Source: Leucoraja ocellata
Lineage: Eukaryota
Direction of reading: 5' to 3'
Length of the DNA: 64,000 nucleotides
Assembly (NCBI GenBank): GCA_036785375.1
Contig: JAWMAR010001515.1
Coordinates: 186,001-250,000 of the forward strand
Every line of letters begins with the position of its first letter. Positions within the stretch are counted from its first letter, which is position 1. The position numbers and the translations under genes were made by a program. Shown piece after piece: positions 51,143-61,982 of the stretch. The notes under the pieces are model-generated. The model did no database searches and was not told where the DNA came from. It saw only the letters and a list, made by a program, of their open reading frames with translations.

Positions 51143-52049
51143 ATTGCTTTGTGTTTGAAAATCAAATTTCTTTACGAAGTCTACCCCTTGATTTGCACGA
51201 TAAACGTGTGTGTGTGTGTGTGTGCGAGAAAGGGTTGGTGATGGAAGGGTAAAAAAAATGCGCAAGTCAAGTTTTTATACGGGGGATTTGATATCAATAT
51301 TTTGAAAAGCAAACTGACTCCGTAATTCAATACATTGCTCAATATGCCCAAAGTGATTTGTTTCTCAGTTACTAAATACTAATTGTGTCGTTTCAGATTC
51401 GCTGAATCTCTATACCCCTAAGAAATGTGATGATTTTATGGAGTTAAGAGTGGCTCTGTCTTCTCGCTGCTGTTTATCCATATCCACGTCCATTGACATG
51501 GATTCCAGCAATACCTAGTTGCTAATCAGAAATAGAATAAGGCCCTTCGGCACTTCGAGCAGATGTGGGCGGCCAGCGGACAGTTCCCCTCACGTTATAA
51601 GCTTTGTAAGGTATGTCGGGTTTAATAAGTAGTCATTCGTTTCGAGTCGAGACGTTCGATTCGAGTCGTTCGTTCATCACTGCATTCTCTGACTCACAAA
51701 AAATGATGTGCTAACTGTCTATGTGACTGTTAACTGCTATCCCATTCCTGCATCCTTAATTGTGTCACATTGTTTTCGTGTCAGAGGAATGGAATGGTGT
51801 GTTAAATGCCTCTACGCATCTGAGTTTTAATGACATTGTCTATTGTCTATCTCCCGTTAATATTATTCAAAGAAACACAAAATGCCCTTCTTCAGACTGT
51901 TCCGTTGTATCGACCGAAAACGAACGATGTAACATTATCGGCGACTTAATGAATGAAATGGAAACACGTGGAATTAAATGGACTTGGAATAACTGGGGTG
52001 GTGGGGTTTTATCGAAAAGTGACTACAGGAAATCGGTGGAAGGAAACAG

Positions 52050-52830
52050 GCAGGTGAGGTTTCGGGTCAGGGTCCTTCTTCAGACTCCATGACCCGCTGA
52101 GTTCTTCCAGCTGTCAAATGGAGACATGGGGGACCACAGATGCTGGTATGTTGAGCGAAACACTAAGTGTTGGAGCAACTCGATGGGCCGAATGGCCTAA
52201 ATCTGCTCCTATGACATGAACTCACGAAGTGTCGAAGTAAGCCAGCGGGTCAGGCAGCATCTGTGGAGGGAATGGATCGGCAATGTTTCGGAACGGGTCC
52301 CTTCTTTTCGAGCCAAATAAACGTCTGTCCATTCCCTCCGCTGATGCTGCCTGGCCCGCTGAGTTACTCCAACGCTGTGTGAGTTCCTACAACACTTGGT
52401 GTGTGTTTTATGATCATGATTCCAGCATCTGCAGTTTCTTGTCTCTACATAAACTAGGCCTCAGCAACACTGAGTGTACTAACCGGGAGATTATGTTGCT
52501 GCTGCCAAAACAACAGTTGGCAATGTATGCACGGTAGATGTTACACTGCATGGGAAACAAGGTCTCCAGGGAGACAGACGCAAAGTGCTGGAATAACTCC
52601 GCGGGACAGGCGGCATCTCTGGACATTTATAAAGCATTACATTTTGGAACACAAGGAACTACAGAAGCTGGCTTACGAAAAAATATAAAGTGCTGGAGTA
52701 ACTCAACGTGTCAGGCAGTATCTGTGGAGAACATGGACAGGTAACGTTTGGGGTGAAAGAAGGGTCTAAAGTTTGAAGAAGGGTCTCGACCCAAAACGTC
52801 ACCTATCCAAGTTCTCCGGGGATGACTAAT
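52050..52830. mobile_element. Cluster of Penelope-derived terminal fragments in both orientations
   Basis: Repeated gctggagtaactcagcggg..ggcagcatct and its reverse complement; several degenerate hammerhead cores. Confidence 0.7.
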
Positions 52831-52906
52831 CTTCAACATTTCACTTCTGGCACTCAGGCCAAACCCACGGTTGACTCAAGAGTCACTAGGTAAACGTCCA
52901 TGAGTT

Positions 52907-53040
52907 CCACAGATTAAAAAAACACTGGACATCATGCTGGACAGCGGACAACATAATATACGATAGGACAAGCAGCTTGAAAGTGTCCTGTCCTATATTA
53001 TGTTGTCCAGCATGATGTCCGGTGTTTTTTAAATCTGTGG
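52907..53040. repeat. 134-bp near-perfect inverted repeat (MITE-like hairpin)
   Basis: CCACAGATTAAAAAAACACTGGACATCATGCTGGACA.. pairs with ..TGTCCAGCATGATGTCCGGTGTTTTTTAAATCTGTGG. Confidence 0.8.
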
Positions 53041-53282
53041 TACAGATCTGCAGTAATTGACACATGCTAACGGTAACGGCCCCGTAGTAGAAGCATCCAC
53101 GTCGCGGGGCTGGAAACTGGAAGAATCCTGAGCTAATTACCGTTCACAGGACGCACGGCTGAAGCTTCCGATGCCTCGCGTGTGTGTGTGAGTGTGTGCA
53201 TGTGCTCGTGGCCGCCAATAAATTGTGTCCCCCCTATCCCCCGGTCCCCTCTATGTTTTAACAGCAGTTTCCGTGTCACTTC

Positions 53283-54130
53283 CATGTCACTTCCTGTCTG
53301 TAGACAGATTCCTCCCCATCCTGGATCAGTCCAATCAGGGTTGTGTCATCTGCAAACTTGAGAAACTTGACAGAGGAGTCAGTGGCGGTACGGTCCTTGG
53401 TGTAGAGAGAGTAAAGGAGAGGGGAGAGTACGCAACCTTGCGGTGCTCTTATGCTGAGGGTCTGTGGGTCTGAGATGTGCTTTCCCAGCCTCACATGCTG
53501 CTTCCTGTCTGTCAGGAAGTTGGTAATCCACTGACAGAGGGGTTCAGGCACAGTCAACTGGGAGAATTCGGAGTGTAGTTGCTCTGGCACAATGGTGTTG
53601 AATGCAGAGCTAAAATCCACAAACAAAATAAGTCCCCTGGCGGTCCAGGTGCTGGAGGATGAAGTGCAGGCCTAGGTTGACTGCATCATCCACAGATCTA
53701 TTGGCCCGGTATGCAAACTGCATGGGGTCCTACAGGGAGGGGGTTTGTAATATTTTTCAGGCGGACCAACACAAGTCTTTCAAGGGTCTTCATGATTACA
53801 GAGGTCAGTGCGACAGGCCTGTAGTCATTAAGACCAGTAATCCTTGGCTTTTTGGGTACAAGAACAATTGTGGAGACTTTGAAGCGGGCAGGGACAGTGC
53901 AGGTTTGCATGGACTGGCTGAAAATGTCTGTGTAGACTGGTGCCAGTTGTTTGGCCAGAGCTTGAGGATAGAGGGGGGATCATTGTCCAGTCTTGGGGAT
54001 TTCCGGCTTTTCTGTCTCCTGAATAGCTTCTCCGCCTCCTCAATTTCATTTTCTGTCTCCTGAATAGCTTCTCCACCTCCTCAATTTCTAATGTTAGTGA
54101 TGGAGAAGTGGCCAGGCTGATGTTGGACAG
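53283..54130 (-). mobile_element. Rex1/Babar RT fragment
   Basis: [55 protein letters not shown]. Confidence 0.9.
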
Positions 54131-55931
54131 AATGTTAACACCTGACTTCAAGGTTAAACCTGAATCCCTGGAAATAAGAGTTAACAGCACAGACTACCAC
54201 TCACCACGCCACCACTAGTGCCAAAACCTGCACATGATAACGGCAGACTATTGTATTTAAATGAAAACTATTGAGCCAAAGCCAACATTAAACATTTTCC
54301 TCAAAGCTATGCTGCAACTTAAGGATATATCTTTATTACAGCATTGCTTTCAGTAACTTTTGAAATATTTAATAATTTATTATAGATAATTAATGAAGAA
54401 CTTTCTAAATTGATACGTGCAATCGGATTATACCACACAACAGAACAAAGTTCAATTTTTATATTTTGAGGGCAGGTTGACAAACAGCGCACGCAGGCTA
54501 TGTCTTAATGCTGTTTGTTTGTTACCAGTGAGGCTCAGTAAAGGCATAAACATTTTACAACAAGGTGATAAGGGCATTGTGGCATTGGAATATATTAGAG
54601 AAATGCACCAGAGATAAAAACAGAAAATGCTGGAAATACCCAGAGTCAGGTCATATTCGTGTCAATTAAAACAATGTTTCATGTTGATGATTCCTTTCCA
54701 CACACACACCCTGACATGCTGATGGATTTCAACATGTTCAGATGGTATTTCAGATTTCCACCATGTACAGTAAGTTTACAAGTAAACTTAATGACATGGA
54801 GAAGAACGGGTGGCACAGTGCTGCAACGGTAGACTTAAAGGGCTGTCTCACATTGCGAGTTGACACAAGAGGTACCCCGAGTTAAAACTCGTGGTAATAA
54901 CGTGCGATTAATGTACAGAACTCGTGGACGCAACTTAGAGACTCGTGGCGCTAACGGAAGGTACCTGTGAAACTTGTCAACTCTTGAAAAAAAATCAAAC
55001 ATGTTTAAAGTTTTCCGCGAGTCAATTTTACTCTTGTGGTTAAGAATTGAAACATTTTAACTCGTCGTAAGAACGTAGTGGCCCGTGAGTTACTTTAGTG
55101 TATCGTGAGTCTACCGTGGGAACTCTTTAACTCAGCGGGCAGGCAGCAGCAGATTGTCGCTCCCTTCAGTTTCCCACGGGGTCGGGACGGGACTGGAATT
55201 GGGTGGGAAAGGTGGGGGGGGTGGGGGGGGAGGGGGGGGGGAGGGGGGGAGGGGGGGGGGTGGAGGAGAGAGGGTGGACAGGAGGGGGGGGGGGTGTCTT
55301 CATTTACTGGCGGCAGGTGCCTGTCACTGAAACAAGCAGGTGAGATTTCACATCCACCTTGTGTATGTCTCTCTCTCTCCCTCCCTCCCTCCCTCCCTCT
55401 CACACAGGCTGAGAGACTCTGCTTCTGTGAGTGCACGTCTCTTTCTCCCCCTCTCCCACACACAGTAAGTACAGTAAGTGCTCAGTCCATCTGTGTCTCC
55501 CACATACACAGTAAAACTCTGCTTTGTGTGTGTATATACTTCTCCCCTCACCTCTCCCTTTCTCCCCCCACCTCTCCCTTTCCCCCCCCCACACACAATA
55601 AGACCCTCCCACACACACAGATAGACCTAGGTCCTGTGCGCTCTTTCTCTTCCCCCAGTCATGCCAAAGTACATCACACTGCCTCTGTGCGTCTCTCTCT
55701 GTCTCTCTCCCCCTCTCTCCTTCCTACACAGTCAAAGGTCCACACTGTCTCTGTGTCTCTCTCTCCCCTACACACTGCCTGTTGTGTGTGTGTGTGTGTG
55801 TGCCTCTGTCTCTCTCTCCCACACACAGTTAAAGGTACTCCACGCTGCCTGTGTGTGTGTGTGGCTCTCTCTCTCTGTCCCACCCCCCACACCCACACAC
55901 AGACAGTCAGTCAGTCAGAGGAACTCCACAC

Positions 55932-55935
55932 TGTG

Positions 55936-56020
<85 letters not shown>
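55932..56020. repeat. (TG)n microsatellite within a low-complexity tract
   Basis: Direct reading. Confidence 0.95.
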
Positions 56021-56023
<3 letters not shown>

Positions 56024-56702
56024 CTTTGTCTCTCCCTATCACAGTCAGAGTGAGGTACTCCCCCCGCAGTCTCTCCGCGGCCATTCCACAGGCAGGGTGC
56101 ATCTGCCACCCTCTGGCTGCCCAGGCAGTCATACACAACTACACGATTGTCGCTCCCTTCAGTTTCCCAGGGGGTCGGGGCAGGACTGGAGTTGGGAGGG
56201 AAAGGTGGGGGGGGGGGGGGGGGGGGGGATGGGTGGGATAGGTGAGCAGGTGAGTGGGGTTGTTTGCAGTTGCAGAGGGAGGGGGCAAGGGCGGTACAGT
56301 TCCCAATCTCAGCTCCTGGTCCACCGAGCGTGTGGACCTGGACGGGTGGCTTGGTTGGCGGCGGCCCATGGTGTGCCAGTCAACTGCAAACAACCCCACT
56401 CTCCTGCTCACCTAACCCACCCATCCCCATCCCCCCCCCCCCCACCTTTCCCCCCCAAATCCAGTCCCGTTCCGACCCCCTGGGAAACTGAAAGGAGCGA
56501 CTGCCCCGGGGCGACTGGCACTGACCTGCTGGCATCGCCGACGTGAAGACAGTGCAAAGCCCCCGCGCCGGTGCAATGGGCGAGGAGGTGGAGAGGGGAG
56601 GGAAGGGGTCACGCACATGGCCGGAAGCAGAGGGTGGGGGTGGTGACAGATAGGGCCAACAATGAGTGGAGAAAGACAGAAACACCGACGTGCAAAGGAG
56701 AC

Positions 56703-57560
56703 CTACAAGTTTGCAGACGACACAACAGTGATTGGGCTGATCACCAACGGTGATGAAACAAAATACAGAGCGGAGGTGCAGAACCTGGCAGACGAGTGCG
56801 CACGTAACAACTTGTCACTAAACACCTCCCAAGACCAAGGAGCTGATTATTGACTTCAGGAGATCCCATAATGGAGAATACGCCCCAATCTCCATTTACG
56901 GGGAAAGTGTGGAGAGAGTGTCCAGCTTTAAGTTTCTGGGCACTCACATTTCAGAGGACCTCACACGGTTCACCAACACCGCTGCGCTGGTCAAGAAGGC
57001 ACAGCAACGACTGTTCTTCCTGAGGACATTAAAAAAGACTGGTCTGCCCCAACAGCTGCTGACAACCTTCTACCGCTGCACCACAGAGAGCATATTAACG
57101 TATGGCATCTCTGTGTGGCATCCCAGCTGCACGGAGGCGGAGAGGAGAGCTCTTCAGCGGGTCGTCCACAGAGTGCAGAGGATTATTGTGATGCAGCTAC
57201 CAGCCTTGGAGGGCATCTACCACACACGGTGCCTCACGAAGGCCGTCAGCATCCATAAAGACTCCTCACACCCTTGTAATGGACTGTTCGAACTACTTCC
57301 CTCCGGAAGACGTTACAAGGCCTTCTACGCCCGAACCTCCAGACTCAGAAACAGCTTTATTCCCAGAGCTATAGCGGCTCTGAACCGGCCCTGCTGAGTG
57401 CCCCCCATCCCCCGTGGACTGTCTCCCTCGGATGGTCACGCTGCAGTTTATTTATTTATTTATTTATTTTTGACATCGGTTGGAAGCTGCATACTAAATC
57501 TCGTTGCACTGATGTGCAATGACAATAAAAGATATTATTATTATTATTATAATATTATTA
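56703..57560 (+). mobile_element. Rex1/Babar 3' fragment
   Basis: YKFADDTTVIGLI, FKFLGTHISEDL, KKAQQRLFFLR, SSHPCNGLFELLPSGRRY; AATAAA and (TTA)n tail. Confidence 0.9.
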
Positions 57561-58754
57561 ACAGTGCATGATCTCTCTCGCGTTGTCGCCTGCCCGCTGT
57601 TCCTGACGCTAAAGCCTTGGGATTGTTGCCCTTCGTGTTGGCGTGGAGGGGGAGGGGGGTATTGTGCTGTTTGATCACCCCCTGCTATCCCAGGGACAGG
57701 GAGACACAGCGGCTTTTGAGACTGGTGAGAAATCACTTCCAAAGTGTCTGCCCACACAGTCAGTACACTAGATCATCCCGCAGAGAATGATCCCAGCCTA
57801 ACCCAAGAGCCATGCCACCCCAGAGAGATTAATGGCACCCCCTCCCCCCCACCCACCTCTCTCCACCTCAACTCATGCCTGGGCACCAAAGCAGCTCAGG
57901 AGGCAAACCCTGAGCTCCGTCTCACAACAATCTGATGTGCACATCTGTCCACATTCAAAGATTTAATCTCCCGTCTCCCCGCAGTGTTTAGACATGGCAG
58001 TAAATTCAATTAAAACATATCAAACCTGTGTGTTTCAAACAAATCATAAGTATAACTGCTCTGGCACTGGATGGTGCGTAATTTCCCTTTGTAGGTCACA
58101 TCAATAGATGCAGCCGCGCTGAATTCTATCTTTAAAACGAATCCACAGGATGGAGAGGTCTTCTTTAACACTGTTGCTTATTAAAACAAACCTTCAATCA
58201 GGATTGGCTCAAGAGTAACTCGGGAGACGAACTTGGAACATTGCAGAAATGACAAGTAAACGGCAAACTTGTCATACCCGTGGGAACTCGGTTAAACTCT
58301 TGATCATACACTTGGGATCTCGTACACAACCACGAGTCTTTCACTCGGGGTACCTCATGGGTCAGCTCCTCCCGTGAGACAGCCCTATTACAGTGCCAGA
58401 GACCCAGGTTAAAACCTGACTTTGGGTGCTGTCTGTCTGGTTTGTACATTCTCCCTGTGACCGCATGGGTTTTCTCAGTGTATTCCGATTTCCTCCCACA
58501 CTCCAAAGATGTGCAGGTTTGAAGGTTGATTGGCTTTGGGAAAAAAATCATTGAAAGAAGATCAAATAATTTTTTCCTGTGCTCTAGGAATATGATTTGA
58601 TTATCAAGACACTGCTTGGAATCAAGGAATGGAGAAGCATATTAAGAAAAAGAAAAAAATAGCAGTGTAGAAAATACAAACAGGAACTGATTATTCACCT
58701 ACGAGCATCCTCTGCTTAGTTGGTATTAACCTGGCTACGTATCCAATTTCAGGA

Positions 58755-59330
58755 TAGACGCAAAAGGCTGGAGTAACTCAGCAGGACAGGCAGCATCTCT
58801 GCAAAGAAGGAATGGGTGACGTTGAGACCCCTCTTCAGGCTGAAAGTCCGGGGAAATGGAAACGGGATAGAGCTCTTAAAGATAGCGGAGTCAAGGGATA
58901 TGGGGAGAGGGCAGGAAATGGGTACTGATTGTGGATGATCAGCCATGATCACAGTGAATGGTGGTACTGGCTCGAAGGGCCGAATGGCATACTCCTGCAC
59001 CTATTGTCTATTGAGAGATATTGATGGTCATGTAGAGAGATATAGAACAAATGAATGAAAGATATGTAAAAAGGCAACAACGATTGGAGCTAACAATGGC
59101 CTGTTTCCTTTATCATCATTACTTTTTTGATATCTTTCATTCATTTGTTTATATCTCTCTACATTTCCGTCAATGACTCCCTTTCCCCTGACTCGCTGCC
59201 TGAACAAGGGTCTCGACCCGAAACAACACGCATTCCTTCTCTCCAGAGATGCTGCCTGGCTCGCTGAGTTACTCCAGCATTTTGTGTCTATCTTCGGTTT
59301 AAAGTAGCACCTGCAGTTAACTTCCTATAC
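58755..59330. mobile_element. Fold-back Penelope-derived element with 14-bp TSD, containing a CR1 tail insertion (about 58865-59012)
   Basis: ATCCAATTTCAGGA at 58741-58754 and 59331-59344; long inverted arms, each with a degenerate hammerhead core. Confidence 0.8.
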
Positions 59331-59637
59331 ATCCAATTTCAGGACCATGCTCCTGGCTTATTTATGTTCCATGCATAAAAATCAATTTACAAAGAGAGCA
59401 TTTCATTTTTTAATCTTATGGAAACAAATTAATTAATTAATCCAGGCACTGCGGGCTTTGGTTGATTCCAGCTGCCTAACTCAAGATGAGCAAAAAATAA
59501 ACCAATCTTGTAAATTCCCTGTTCATTGCATTAAGATTAATTTGACCAGTAAGACCAAATGCCCTAAAAAATTCCCATTTGATAAAACTACCTCAATCTT
59601 TCCTGTAAAAATAATCAGAGATTGAATTTGCTTCCTC

Positions 59638-60418
59638 AAAAAGCGAATGGCATGTTGGCCTTCATAACAAGAGGAGTTGAGTATAGGAGCAAAGAGGTAA
59701 TTCTGCAGTTGTACAGGGCCCTAATGAGACCACACCTGGAGTATTGTGTACAGTTTTGTTCTCAAAATTTGAGGAAGGACATTCTTGCTATTGTGGGAGT
59801 GCAGCATAGGTTCAGAAGGTTAATTTTCGGGATGGCGGGACTGTCATATGCTGAGAGAATGGAGCATCTGGGCTTGTATACTCTGGAATTTAGAAGGCTG
59901 AGAGGAGATCTTATTGAAACATATAAGATTATTAAGGGTTTGGACACGCTAGAGGCAGGAAACATGTTCCTGATGTTGGGGGAGTCCAGAACCAGGGACC
60001 ACAGTTTAAGAATAAGGGGTAAGCCATTTAGAACAGAGAAGAGGAAACACTTTTTCACACAGAGTTGTGAGTCTGTGGAATTCTCTGCCTCAGAGGGCGG
60101 TGGAGGCAGGTTCTCTGGATACTTTCAATAGAGAGTTCTTTTTTTTTTCCCCGTTATATACAATGTTTACATATTCACATATTCTGTTGTGCTGCAGCAA
60201 GTAATAATTTCATTGTCCCATCTGGGACATATGATAATAAAACTCTTGACGACTCTCTTGAGCTAGATAGAGCTCTTCAAGATAGCAGAGTCAGGGGATA
60301 TGGGGAGAAGGCAGGAACGGGGTACTGATTGTGGATGATCAGTCATGATCACTTTGAATGGCGGTGCTGGCTCAAAGGGCCGAATGGCCTACTCCTGCAC
60401 CTATTACCTATTGTCTAT
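59638..60418 (+). mobile_element. CR1 3' fragment with nested Rex-type tail
   Basis: [30 protein letters not shown]; Rex-like UTR at about 60135-60260. Confidence 0.85.
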
Positions 60419-61020
60419 GTCCTGGACTGAACAGACAAAAAAGGCAAATTCGAAAAAAATCATTTTAAACTAGGTTTAGAGAGATATGGCCCAAATGCGA
60501 TAAGGTCGGATTAGGGTAGATGGGGCATCTTGGTCAGCATAAGCAAGTCGAGCTGAAGGTACTTTTTCCATGCTGTATGACTCTATGTGTATAAAGGAAC
60601 TGCAGATGTTTGCTTACACTGAAGCTAGATGCAAAATGCCAGAGTGACTCAGCAGGCCAGCCCACATTTCTGGAGAAAAGGATGACTATGACTGATTCAT
60701 GCCGAATGAATGATGAAAGTCCAGTTTCAATGACTTTGGCTTGGCTTCACATTCCACAATTAGATTCTTTGCTATGACAATTGCCGTTAGCTACTGTGGA
60801 GGGGCAATCGAATGTGGGAATTACAGAGACATGGCTGCAAGTGCCAGGGCTGGGAACTGAAAATTCGAGAGTATACATCCTATCGAAAAGACAGACAGGT
60901 GGGCAGAGGGGGTGGGGTAGCTCTGATGGTGAGGAATGAAATTCAGTCCCTTGCAAGGGGTGACATTGAAACAGGAGTCAATATGGATAGAACTAAGGAA
61001 TTGTAAGGGTAAAATGACCA

Positions 61021-61557
61021 TCTGGTGGGCGGCGCGACCGACGTCGCAGCGGCCTCTGCAGTCCGTCTGTCTTATTTTTTTTGTCCCGTTGAGGGTATAG
61101 TCTGTAGTGGGTTTTTAACTGTGTATATGTGGGGGGCGGGGGGGGGGGGGTGGGTGGGGGAAACTTTTAAATCTCTTCCCTGTACGGGGACCCGACCTTT
61201 TCCCTTTCGGGTCTCCGTTGTCGTTGGGGCCTAGCACCGTGGAGTGGACTCCAACCGAACGATTTGGGGGCTCAAGTCACGGAGCCGGCGGAGCTGCGGA
61301 CCTACCATTGTGGAGCTGGCTGACTTCGGAGCATGGAGACCTGTGGTGGCGCGCTGCTGCGACCTGACTCCGATGGATGGTGACACCGGGAGCTCGTGGG
61401 TCCCCGGTGGGAGACTGCTTTATGGAACACCAGCAACGGCAACTTCTCCTGCTCAAATTGCGGGGTTGAAAGTGACCTGGAGCGGGGCCATACATCGCCC
61501 GGCGCGGTTTAAACAGCCGCGGAACTTGGTAGCGCCCGCCGGGGTGGGATCCCACTC
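61021..61557. mobile_element. Unclassified CpG-rich interspersed repeat
   Basis: Abrupt GC/CpG-rich block that interrupts the CR1 endonuclease region. Confidence 0.45.
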
Positions 61558-61982
61558 GTAGACAAAAAAGCTGGAGAAAATCAACGGGTGAGGCAGCATC
61601 TATGAAGCAAAGGAATAGACGACGTTTTGGTCTGATGTCGGGGGGGGCGGGGGGGATAAAGAAAGGAAGAGACGGCGACTGTAGGCTGTGGGAGGGCTGG
61701 GAATGGGAGGGGAAGGAGGGAGAAAGCAAGGACTATCTGAAATTGGAGATGCCAATGTTCATACCGCTGGGGTGTAAACTACCCAAGCGAAATATGAGGT
61801 GCTGTTCCTCCAATTTGCGGTGGGCCTCACTCTGGCCATGGAGGAGGCCCAGGCCAGAAAGGTCGGATTCGGAATGGGAGAGGGAGTTGAAGTGCTGAGC
61901 CACCGGGAGATCAGGTTGGTTATTGCGAACTGAGTGGTGTTGTGAGAAGCGATAGCCAAGCCTGCGCTTGGTCTCACCAAGG
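61558..61982 (-). mobile_element. Penelope-like 3' fragment (GIY-YIG end)
   Basis: GETKRRLGYRFSQH..PVAQHFNS..RKLEEQHLIFRLGSLHPSGMNI. Confidence 0.85.

Larger units (their letters stand above)
54838..58387. mobile_element. PIF/Harbinger-like non-autonomous composite element
   Basis: TIRs AGGGCTGTCTCAC / GTGAGACAGCCCT; subterminal GAGGTACCCCGAGT / ACTCGGGGTACCTC; TTA TSD (54835-54837, 58388-58390). Confidence 0.75.
54808..58545 (+). mobile_element. HE1/V-SINE-like element split by a 3.55-kb insertion (parts 54808-54837 and 58388-58545)
   Basis: GGGTGGCACAGTGCTGCAACGGTAGA..CTTA joins CAGTGCCAGAGACCCAGGTT..GTACATTCTCCCTGTGACCGCATGGG. Confidence 0.7.

Noticed and set aside
55105-56546. 378-aa and 231-aa ORFs
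   Set aside because: They are translations of microsatellite and G-tract low-complexity sequence with no domain signature.
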